64,000 nucleotides of DNA from the NCBI GenBank assembly GCA_002633005.1, contig NMRA01000156.1:460488-524487 (forward strand), written 5' to 3'. Under the pieces are notes generated by a model that saw only the letters and a program-made list of their open reading frames with translations, did no database searches and was not told the DNA's origin. This DNA is from Phoronis australis. Lineage: Eukaryota; Animalia; Phoronida. The position numbers and the translations under genes are program-made. Below are positions 53,097 to 64,000 of this stretch, piece after piece. Each line of letters starts with the position of its first letter. Position 1 is the first letter of the stretch.

Positions 53097-53495
53097 CTAC
53101 TGAGGACCCCATGTCTGTGCAATTACTGCTCAGTGGCAAGAGCACTAGACCGACAATCTAGAGACCTGTGGTTCGATTCCCAGTTGGGGTTCCTGATTTT
53201 TCTGTGTTTATTTTGTATATTGCACTACTGGCCAACCTCAGTGTGTATATATTTACTATATCTCACATACTGGTAAATTGCTGATTGTACATATAAGTGT
53301 CCAAATCCCGTGTGAAAAAGGCGAAACGCCGCGCATGGGATATATGACATAACAGTCATTGCACAGATATTGGGTCCTCAGTAGCTCATTGGTAAGACCG
53401 CTAGACCGGCAATCTAGAGACCTGTGGTTCGATTTCTGGTTGGGGTTCCTGATTTTTCTGTGTTGGTGTATTGCACTACTGGCCAACCTCAGCGT
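53097..53495 (+). repeat. Two tandem tRNA-derived (SINE-like) units
   Basis: Each has an A box (gctcagtgg or gctcattgg), a ctaga-N7-tctag anticodon-like stem, a B box (ggttcgatt) and a T run. Units lie at ~53128-53242 and ~53372-53492. Confidence 0.7.
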
Positions 53496-53691
53496 CTATG
53501 TGTTGTATTTTTGCAATTCTGGCAGCCACTGAATTTCTCAGTCGCTACCAGCAATGCACAGATGGGTGCTGCCATCGTGAAGAAGAGTGCTGATGTTCAA
53601 AAATACAAAGAAACCAGATTCACTGAGCCCGTACATGCAATGCCTCCATCAAATCTGGCCCCAAGCCTGGCGATGACGTACTCCAAGAATT

Positions 53692-53857
53692 GCAACTTGG
53701 CCGTGGATGCAGCCTAACAGTTCAGCAAATTGGCCGCGGCTGCAGAATAACTGCCCAGCAAATTGGCCGCGGCTGCAGTCTAACTATTAAGCAAATTGGC
53801 CGCGGCTGCACCCTAATTGTTCAGAAAATTGGCCGCTGCTGCACGCTAACTGTTCAG
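53692..53857. repeat. 33-bp minisatellite, 5 units
   Basis: gcaaattggccgcggctgcagnctaac repeats; these explain the QIGRGC ORF. Confidence 0.9.
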
Positions 53858-54261
53858 TGGCACCTTAACACTCAGTTTCTCACGACAAAATGGCCGCTAT
53901 GCTATATGTATACAAAATCACATTATAGCCAATCTCTATATCTATGATCAAAACGGACCTCATGAATGCAACTACAAGTTGTTAAACAAGACACTCCATC
54001 AAGCTAATGTGATGATAGTAGTGCTTATAGCGATATCATACCGATGCCGATATCTACAATGTCTAACGGGGAGTCCAATGAAGCAGCGTTTTGCTTTTGA
54101 CGTTCTTCCGCGTGGAGATATGTTGATCTCACACGAGTACCATCATGACAAAGGTATCTTATAAGATCTGCATGCAAGGTTCACTGGTACCGGGCTTACT
54201 TAGGATAATATACCACATAAAACATATAGAGCCGCTATAAACCACCTCTTGTTGTTAAAAA

Positions 54262-54631
54262 CGGTTGCAGTCCACTACTACGAAGGCCAATTACTCCGAA
54301 AAAACTACTACTCCGAAGAAACCCACGCCTCCTCTAAGGATGAACGCATTTGTTTCATTTATAACATTAATGTGGTACAATTACTTTTTGTCAAGCGCAC
54401 TTCAAAGAAGATACGATAAAAGAGACAGTAGAAACGGTAGGACTTCATTGTCCAAATTTTGTTTTCGTATGGGCATTTTGATATTAAGTAACAAATTAAT
54501 GACCCATTTAAGAAGGTCGAGTAAAAAATACAAAAAATAAAACAAGCATTTCCTACTAATAGTAATGTATTTTTTTCTGGGTAGTGGGCTTTCGGAGCAG
54601 TGGGTTTTTTCGGAGTAGTGACCTGTAACCG
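54262..54631. mobile_element. MITE with actactccgaa subterminal repeats
   Basis: cggttgcagtccactact ... agtagtgacctgtaaccg. Confidence 0.7.
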
Positions 54632-54674
54632 TTTAACATCAACTTTCTTCTTAAGTGTATTTGACCTTCAAAAG

Positions 54675-55202
54675 GGAGAAGCTCACTAGTCCGAAGGTGC
54701 ATTAGTCCGAAGGTGCACTAGTCCGAAGATCTACTAATAAGGCATAACCGAGTCATAAAACATTAAAATTTAATTTTAGTCGACATTCCACGGAAGTCAG
54801 TGATGCGCCCAGAACCATCGCGAGAATCATGTCGATGGTTGCACTAAAAATGCCTGGATTTGAGATTTTTGGCAAACTGCAAAATTCACTTTCATGCGTC
54901 TTCAGTGGTTCAGTTTTTTGGCAAATTTAATGAGCCATAATTCGCGATCAACAATGATATTTTTCCCTTTGTTTTCTTTCATAGCGAAAGCTTCTGGTGG
55001 GTGTAACCACAAAGTATCGTTCTCGCTGTAGCACGAGTGCAAAAGCAATATCATTTTCGATTATGTTTAGAGATTTTTTTCACGTCCATCCAATGACGTA
55101 CGGAGGAATCATACACAGAGAAACATGCACATCCTTCGGACTAGTGCACCTTCGGACTAGTGCACCTTCGGACTAGTGCACCTTCGGACTTAATGCTCCT
55201 CC
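54675..55202. mobile_element. MITE whose TIRs are built from 16-bp tandem units
   Basis: (actagtccgaaggtgc)x3 at the left and (cttcggactagtgcac)x3-4 at the right. Confidence 0.8.
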
Positions 55203-57935
55203 AAAACAATGTCATTGCGTTCCTATACTTTGTTTGAACTCAAATGGATTTTAATGTATCGCCTGAAATTCACGGCCATATACTGCCTTCACGTTTAAAA
55301 CTAACTCGCCGTGACTTAATAGGCGTGGTCTAATGCAATAACGACCTATCAGTTCTTCTCAAACCTAGAAATCAATACTTATCTGAGTGCGGAACAAGAT
55401 GAGGCCGATTTTATAACAGTTGGTGACCAAAATCCAAATTTGTTTTTAATGTTGACGGTCCACTCACATTTTATAACTTGTCTCGCGCTCAATTCAAAAC
55501 GCCGTGATCTTAAACATTTTGGAAATTAAAGAAAGACACAAGCGCGTCCAAAGTGATAATGTAGGCCTACATGTATATGTGTCAGCGGTGTGAATTCATG
55601 TAAGGCTTCGGATCTTCCGCTCGGCTACTTGCTGGAATGGCCTTTACATCTGTCTATTCCCATGTCCTCCTATTGCCATGATCACGCAATATATGCGCCT
55701 GCACTACCTCGTACCTCGAGGTATGGGACGGTCAAGAGGTATGGACTTAGGCGTTGAACGGTCGAGATTAAGCATTGGCCTTGACCCAGGGGTCGAAAGT
55801 GAAAGAGTCACGAAGCCGAATGCTACAGAAGTGGACCACAGAAATGCCGCAGGTGAAACGCAAAGGATGGTGGATGTTAAAAGCAGTGAGTCACCAAATG
55901 CCCAGCAAGAATGAAACCCCGCGGGCGATACCAAATCGATGCGGTAAAGACCTTTTTTCCGTAGATCAAGTTTAAGTTTTTAAACATCGGAAACTGAGCG
56001 TGAATTTTTTTCGGAAGTTTATGACGTCACACCAATATTAATATATTTCACGTAATATAAAAATTATGTTATAGTAAGTTAGATAATAGGAATCGCGCAC
56101 TTTGTATCGAAAAGCTGGCGACGTAGTTCTCTAAAGTAACTTACTTCAACTGAAGTAGAAGATTTGCATTTTAAAATGTGCTTAAATAGTAATCCTATGG
56201 AAGACGAGGCGACAAAAATTACTGAATAATTACTCACCGAAGCTAACACATCTACAAGAACGTTGATATCAGAATAGTCCAGCAATACGTTTAAGCTCCA
56301 TCTTGATCATGTCTTAATTGACAGGCTTCATCGTTGGGTTGCCACTTATCAATCATTCCGCGAGAATGACGACGTACGTCCTTTGTTTACTCGTTAATGA
56401 TACCTAAATATGATTTTTAAACGCTGCAGCACTCTAAGGATTTCCGTTTCCATGACCCCGAAGCGATTTCTGTGTGCCTGTCGTGCGCAAGCTCTTTCCG
56501 CGGTGCCAGAAATGAGAAAGTATTCAGAAGCTGCTACGCCATCAAGCTGAGATATTCAAGTCGCCTGACAGCTCTGACTCAGTAAATCAAATAATAATTT
56601 GAACACTTTGACTAAAAATCTTTACACTGCAGAGAGTGCGACTCTCTTCCGCAGACGCGAAGAATCTTGCGAAGGCAGCTCGTATGATCACGTGCTTTCC
56701 TTGTAATATATGGCGATATCTCACAGAGTCTTGCGTGATCTTGCGCTTTTGCGACGTTATCGCGTCTATGGAACGCACGTCAGTTAGGAGCGGAACAAAA
56801 ACGTTAATCACAACACGACTAAGCTTAAATGACTTGTTACCATGGCAACGCAGAACAACTCATTTTAACACCTGACATTCGGAAGAAGATTCCAAGCAGA
56901 GCAAACTGCTAAACGTGATCTAACAGCTTGAGTCAACAGACCGGGATCGATTTTAAGTTTGATAATGGTTTGATTAAATTTGATGTTATTGTCTCTGCGT
57001 AATACTTGTTAACAGAACAATGACACCTGCATCACTATACCAGAAGTCAAAGAACTTGTTTGAACAAATGCGTTTCAGTCGTATATTGCAGTCATATATT
57101 GCATTTTGTTTGGAATTATCACTACGGACAGTTCTATTCTTGACTATTTTATTTGCGTTTAGCCTGCCTAAACAACGTCTCATTAAACTGCATTTTGTTC
57201 CTAATTAAGATTTTTTGTTTTACTCTGTCACGTAGCTTGCAGAATTGCAGCACAAAATGGATTCCGGTAAACTTTCTGAAATTCGAGGAGTGAGGAACGT
57301 TTGAGACAAATTATGAGATTGTAAATTGATCTTTGAAAATTGAAACAGTCTTCCAGGAACTTAGTTCAACTTTTGCTGGAGGTAGAAAGGTAGGCTTAAG
57401 TCCCTACTCGTCTCCTCCTACCGTCACCCCGCAATTGTCTCACATCAAGCCACCTCACTGTATGGACATGCGCGGCTGACTGTGTGGACAAAACTTAAAC
57501 TGGCGCTACCCACCCCCCCCCCCGCCCTCCCCTCCCGGACGCGCTGACCGAGAAATCGTTCTTACAATCGCCCGTCACTCCTCTTCATCCGCAGTAGTCT
57601 TCAAACGTGTCACTGGAAAAGTGCACTTTGTTCTTTTTTAACTAGGGATTTTACTGTTGTGATTTCATAAGAAAAAAAAATAATAAAAATTTTGATTTTC
57701 GGAATGCATTGACTCCACTATTTTGGGCTTAAAGAATGAATTTTCTATTATGATGAAATAGATAGTATTTTCGTTTTGTCCTCTGAGCTGTTATTTTATA
57801 GGTGCATGTATTCATGAGGATTAGCCTCTTCGCGTTTCTCTATCTAGGCTTCTTTTAAAGAATCTGAACAATCTTTGATCTTGCAGTTCTCAATGGCTTC
57901 ACTCAAGTTGATTTACGTCGCCGCTTCCGGTGGGA

Positions 57936-58180
57936 CAACCGCATCCCGTTCAGAAGCGCTAGGACCTCACTAAAACGCAAGACTTCGCAAGATTACGTGA
58001 GACATTGCCGTATATTTTAAATTAGAACACGTGACTTTAACTAGGTTTTAGCTAGGTCCTAGCTAAAATCTAGCCAAAGGTCACGTGATCTTATTTAAAA
58101 TACACGGCCATATCTCACGTATTCTCACGAAGTCTTGCTTTTTAGCGAGGTCCTAGCGCTACTGAACGGGATGCAGGTTG
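57936..58180. mobile_element. Near-fully palindromic MITE; partial copies near 10620, 16985-17085, 26535-26685 and 56690
   Basis: gcatcccgttcagaagcgctaggacctc ... gaggtcctagcgctactgaacgggatgc. Shared core: atatctcacg..aagtcttgc. Confidence 0.8.
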
Positions 58181-59469
58181 AGCCGGAAGTTGCCATCGAG
58201 AACCAGTCAGATTTCTTAGCCGGTTGAAAATAATCAAGCGCAACCAACATTCTACTCGAGTATTGAATAGAGACGGAAAGTGATTCGTCACATCCCTAGC
58301 CCCTAATCCTAATTGAAGACGAACAACAATGCGGTAGCGTATTCCCTTGCGCTAGGACACTTGTTCAAACCGGCAAAATTCAACAGAAAGTATTTTTTAA
58401 TTCTGAATCAGCGTCTGTGAGCCATTCAGGTTGCCATGTTAACCACGTTTTTACCGAAGCAGAGATTAACTGGGGATTTTCCAAATACAACTTTTGACTC
58501 AATGTAACCCCCCTTGGAAAATTGGTGAGAGTTAGAACCTAGATTGCCTTAACAGTTTCGCTGTTGTTTGCTTTAATCATAAAAATGAATATGTCATATC
58601 CTGGAGGCATTGAATGGAATTGTTTATCATAAGATTGCCATTCACTGGTTCTCAAGAGAAAACAGTATCAATTCATTTAGCTTGTAAATTGTAAAAAACG
58701 TCCATTTATTCGTTTTCATTTAAAGATTTTATCAAAGTATATGTGGATATGACGTGACTAACAATTGCTCAATCCCCACGGAGTTGTGATGAAGATTCAT
58801 TGTGCGAGAATGCGCGAGAGAACATAAGCAACCATGACTTATCTCGAGGGCAGGAAGCGTGCTTTATTCTCTCTTTAGAATAGGAAATATTTTGTTGATA
58901 ATAGTCCGATACTTTTGTGGGGAAATAATGTGTCGACGTGTTTTACTTTCAGCCACGTCAACGCACCTTTCGGGACTTATTATTATCGATTGAAGAGTAA
59001 GATGCTCATGACTGCAGTGTCCATCACAGCAAAGTAGTCTCTCCGAAGAAGTCTAGATACTTTTCCGCCTTGTAGGTTTACTTCCCTGTCGTCAATACCA
59101 AAGCTTGAATCTTGCTGTACATTTAAATCCACGGGCAGTTACACACCAATGTGGTTAATAATAGACTTTTTACAGAGAAATTGGTTTTGGAGGGTGGAAG
59201 GATCAACTTTTTTAAGTTAAAAGACATTAAGTCGGCGTTTAGATGGCAATTTGAATTTCTAAATGATGGCGCATTGTGGTTTAAAAACATAATTTCGCTC
59301 ATCAGATCTTGAATTGTTGCCGAATGAGCCGGAAACACAGCCAATGTGTAGTAGCATATGCACCATTTTCGAAATCGCAATTTCAGGGTTGTCCAACGCC
59401 AATAAACTCTGAAAAGATTCTGGAGTTGCTGATGGTTTCAATGTTCTTGTTTGTAACGGAAAAGAAATC

Positions 59470-60151
59470 TGTCACGTTTTTCCCCGTGGATGTGTGGGCG
59501 CAGGTTGTTACCGACCGGTGATAATAGCTTTCGGTGCAACGATAGACTGAAGACTGGTTCGAGTTAATCGCTTTATTAATCTCGCCCGTATGTTCACAAG
59601 TCTACTCAAACATGTCGTCCGGCGGTCTGCTCTGTGCCCCAGCCAGTGCTGCGAAGCCTTGACTTGTGATGAATTTCTAAGACACTTCCAGCAACTGTTA
59701 CTCTCGTTGATTCAATAACCTACTGTCTCTGTAGCTGGCTCTCTATTGACTATCGCTGTAACTGCTGATTCTCTTCGCTGCAACTCAACTTAAACATTGT
59801 TGTAACTAACTATCTTAAACTCTCTTATAACTAACTCAAGTAACCCATGCCTGGGTATTTATAGTCTCTTACAATTTTCTGGAACTTTTCACCAATTCAA
59901 CGCATTCTAGAACTTTTCGGAATCTATCCAAACATTCTATAAACGTATACTAATCTTAGAATGTTCCATTACATTAATCACTAACATGCTAGAATCTTCT
60001 AGAATGTTCCCTACCATGCTATTGTAAACAAATTACATCATCACTATCCTGACCTCGTGGGTCATGCCAATCAAGTCCTAACTTTTAGTATACAAACAGA
60101 ACAATAGTGGAAAGTATTTAAACTAAGAACAGTGTCAGGGTACTACTGACA
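59470..60151 (-). mobile_element. Solo LTR (682 bp)
   Basis: aaatc|TGTCA ... TGACA|gaatc. On the minus strand a TATAAATA (~59856-59863) lies upstream of an AATAAA (~59572), and ctagaa repeats occur in the U3-like part. Confidence 0.75.
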
Positions 60152-62129
60152 GAATCGTATCGTAGTAAGAAGTGAGCGTAAAAGGACTTGCTTTCGTTTT
60201 AGTCTACTAAACATCTAGCAAAATTCAGCTTTAATAGCTGTGACAAGTGTATAAAGACAGCAAAATTCGTATTTTCCGATTTTTTAGATATCTTCAGTTT
60301 CGCAAATTGTCGTCCAGCGAATTTAATCGAAGCAGTAACCTACTAATTTACATGTGCCCTAACTTCGTGCTGACCAAAGCTGGCGCAAAGGGACTTCAAT
60401 GGTCAATCATTGAACACGAATGGAAAGTAGGCTTTTGGTTTTTCGTGGCATCTTAGCAACTGCTGTCCAAGTATTCTTCGAGTTGATAGCACACTATTAC
60501 CCAATCAACCCTCGTTCTGTCACCTGCATTTGCTAATGCATTGTGAGTGTCCCGCTTGAATTACAACAGCAGGATTAAATTGAAAATTCATACTGTCCAG
60601 AATGGATATTGGTGGGTGGTCTTTTCGTGCAATTGTGTTCCGTTACCCTCCCATAAAGCGTGGGTCTGAGATGGGCCTTTGGGGGAAAGTGTCGCTGTAA
60701 ACTTACGCAAGAAAAATACTTTAAGAACGCTCTAAATTTAAACCAATCACGGTTAACATAACATACAGTGGAGGATGCTTGTTGCTGAGTAGCAGTCTCG
60801 CTGGTTCCCTACGTGCCTAGACTGCACGCAGGCATCACGCAGTAGCACGCGCTTTAGCATTGGTTGGTGTAACGTACGGCAGTCATTGGTTAGTTTTATA
60901 ACGTGAAAAATGGCGGACTAGGAACGATTTTTAGCCTTGTCATGCAAGTGGCGTAGCAGCAACTATTTCGTTTCTGCAGTTATGTTTAATAGCCGCGTGC
61001 TTAATTGAAGCACATACATGTACAATAAACACATATCTGGCCGATTTAACCGGTGCGGCGTTATTCATACTGTATGAATACAGGACAGCATCGTAAACAA
61101 AAGTCATCGACAATAGAAAATGCACTCGCGAAATGCGCAACCACAATTTCTGGGTTTCAGATTTCCTATACATAAATGTTAAGCACCGATCTGTCTGTAC
61201 AACAGACCACATTTACACTTGCTCCATCAGTCATGCCAGTTTGTTTGCTTAAAGCGCTGCCTCTTGAAAATCAGCCAATCAGAAACGCCGATGTAAAAAA
61301 ATTCCCGAGGAAAATTAAGTGATACCTGCGTGCTGGCTACCACCCCACCTAGCGGCACGCAGGGAAACAGCGAGTTTAGCAGTTTGACTTCTTTCATCCA
61401 CAATCGCTTACATTGCCGCAATCATTTGATCTGCCATGATTCAGATGCATGCGATTCAGATTTGAGCGCGCACGCGTGAGTTGTAAAGCAGTACGTCATT
61501 GGTTAAAAGCTAAGAGTTAAGAACTAAATTATGAGCGTAATTTTTACGCGGTAATTATTTTTATTGACTCGGAAGAATTGCGAGCGCAATTTACGCCGTT
61601 GTCTATAACGGCTGTAACTGTGGCTGCGTTAATGATTTGTAATGTTGTCGAGGGTAACAAAGAATTATTTTGTTTCAGATCAGTGCAATGGAAGGCCGTT
61701 TTTAACATTTGTTAGTACGTCAAAATCGGGTTTAACATCCTTTTTAATTTTGTTGGCTGTGCCATTTTTGTAAATAATTGAAATCTGCACTTATCTAGTA
61801 CAATAACTGTGTGTAGCCTAGTTATCTATCTGTTTTCGTTGCTTGATTAAGCATATTAAACTGCACGTCTGTTTTAGAGGAACACAGTACCGTCTTAATT
61901 AAGAGACTCTATTTTCACATAGTGTAGATAATAGAAAGCTGCTCTCGTCTTATCTGCTTGTGTAGCTCAGTCTTCTCTCGACCGTTTCTGTTGACTCGGT
62001 AATTTATGTTTTTATTGCTTATTAATCGTTGCGTCTTTCAGAGACTACGCAGTTCGTTTTTTAGAACTCATTTGCTTGCAACGCAACAAATGCACAATCG
62101 ATTATTTAGCTCGTCGTCATAAAGATTAA

Positions 62130-63798
62130 AGGAGCATGCCACCCAAAACACAACCTAATTTGTATCAATTTAGATCGAGTTGTTCTACTCCATAACGACA
62201 CGTACGGTTGCGTTACCTGACACCTGACGGCAGACGGAGGTGTTGAAATTATCCAATGACGTCATCGGTTTCACACGAAGTCTGTTCAGCAGTTCACAAC
62301 ACGGGTTACTGGTGTCAGCTTATCGCTTGAAGTCATCGTTTAACACCAATAAATCATCAAACTTCGATGTAAAACCCTTAAAAATAAACCGATTTCTTAT
62401 AAAAACGTGTTGTTTTATTTCGCTGTTACGGATTTATTGGTATTTGGACACACCGTAACCTACAAAGTTCGGCAGGCCAATAAGGTCCGTAGCAGGAGTT
62501 TGGGGTCTGTTCGGAGATAATTTCGAAGTATTTTCCGTGAGATACAGACATGAGAACCTAGATCTGTGTTGTTTAGACTTGTGATTTTTTTAGTTCTAAA
62601 CACAAAACGCTTGTTATCCTGGCCAGTGGCTCGGAGCCCGATCAGGCCCGTCGCGGCCGGCCGGATTGACTCGTTATCCCGGCCAGTGGCTCGGAAACTG
62701 ATCAGACATCACGAACATAAACCAGCCAAAGTTCAGTGGAAACTAAACTTCCAGTCAAGAAAATACTATACTAGTGAGCCAAAGTAATGTGCACCTGATT
62801 ATGTTGGTGAATTAGCCACGAAACTGCAAATCTACTTACTCGTCGGGGGCCGCGAATTCAGGTTCCGCTTTGGCCACAGCACCGTCAGGGCAGAAGTTGT
62901 ACATTGACAATCATTATTTGAGTAATGTAAATGTAAATAAAGATTCCCCTAACACCTGGCCGTGGGATGGAAATCGAGTTGTTTCACAACAGTTTCTGCC
63001 AGCAAACACTAAATTAGCATGAGCTCACACGGCCTCGGTGTCCCGTCAATTAGTTTTATTGCACCTAAAGCCGGTAACGCAGTGATTTATTCATTGCTGG
63101 CTTCTCAAATCATTTGCACTCACGAACACTCCAAAGGCATTACAAATTGCATCTAATGAGACAGACTTTGTTTCAGTTTTATATAAGTATTGGTTAGGGT
63201 GAGAATAATTCATTTTGAAACAGAACGCTCAGTAATAAACGCCAACATGGCAACTCGCAATCCCGACTTAGGACGAGCTAGAGCTCATCAGTCCCGAATT
63301 CGCAGGTGGATCGTTAAGTTTTACAGGCTATCAATTCGAACAGGAATACAGTGATGAAGAAATACTAGAGAGGCGCCGTGAACAAGCTCAGACAACGGAA
63401 CGTATGGAGTTATTTGGTAAGCCGGCATTCGTCAGGCACTTTCGACGTCTGCAGGCACAGACACGGAGATGTTTCACGGCCTCATACTTGCTATTGACAG
63501 TGTACATTTCATTTTTCACTACCATGAGCCACTTCCTAAGCATTTCGGACTCTCGAGGAAGTAAAAAAACGATATACCCGCTTTCCTCGCAGCTGCTTAG
63601 TTCGGACAAGCGGAAACCGACGATGCACCGCAACATAGCGTCATTCACTCTGCATATGAACCACTGACGTCGCTAGCGTCGTTTCTCACCTTCCTCACAG
63701 GCTAACGCGACACCTCTTGGTCGACCGTATGCGAGGTGATCTGGATATAGACCGATTAAGACGCAAAAAAGACTAATTAAATCGGGTGGCATTCTCCT
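62130..63798 (-). mobile_element. Kolobok-like element copy E, both ends intact
   Basis: Perfect TTAA on both sides (62126-62129 and 63799-63802) with ~15-bp TIRs aggag(c/a)atgccaccc. THAP remnant at 63388-63648. Confidence 0.92.
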
Positions 63799-64000
63799 TT
63801 AACACTCAGTACACAATAAAGGATTCATAGCCGTGAAAGATGTGTTGTAACCCGTTAGAACCATTTCGGCCAAGTGATGTCATTTCTACCCATTAGGATC
63901 ATTCAGCTCATTAGGGTCGTTTTAGCCCATTATTGTTATTTTTAGCTCTATCGATGATTTGCGATGCTCTGCGATGCCGCTTGCACAATGAATTTGCGAT

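Noticed and set aside
53372-53450. Functional tRNA gene
   Set aside because: The anticodon loop lacks U33, the stems are imperfect, and it occurs as diverged tandem units with a shared tail, which fits a SINE-like repeat.
53690-53947. Repetitive QIGRGC ORF or CRISPR-like periodicity
   Set aside because: It is a 33-bp head-to-tail minisatellite with no unique spacers, and the context is eukaryotic.
60850-61510. CCAAT boxes and a YY1-like aaaatggcgg as a promoter
   Set aside because: No associated exon was identified, and such motifs are common inside transposon remnants here.
62130-63798. piggyBac assignment based on TTAA
   Set aside because: The termini are AGG...CCT rather than CCY...RGG, and the element carries a THAP, which fits Kolobok.

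Overview
Repeat-rich eukaryotic DNA, most likely from an invertebrate animal (spliceosomal GT-AG introns, SINEs, LINE and DNA-transposon debris, and four single-N joins at 14975, 29344, 31813 and 38819). Three host genes are supported, all small membrane proteins: a two-coding-exon caveolin (+), an MS4A/CD20-like four-TM protein (-), and a single-pass protein resembling KCNE K+ channel beta-subunits (-). Most short ORFs in the supplied track are noise. The dominant mobile element is a TTAA-flanked, Kolobok-like family present in five copies, with a THAP gene remnant facing a convergent Cys-rich gene remnant that resembles the P2X7 cytoplasmic ballast. Also present: a ~3-4 kb duplication or uncollapsed haplotype giving filled and empty insertion sites, repeat arrays carrying a CTCF-like motif every 120-155 bp, several templated inverted micro-rearrangements, a Tx1/L1 fragment, a solo LTR and many MITEs. 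All calls were made by eye, with no database searches.
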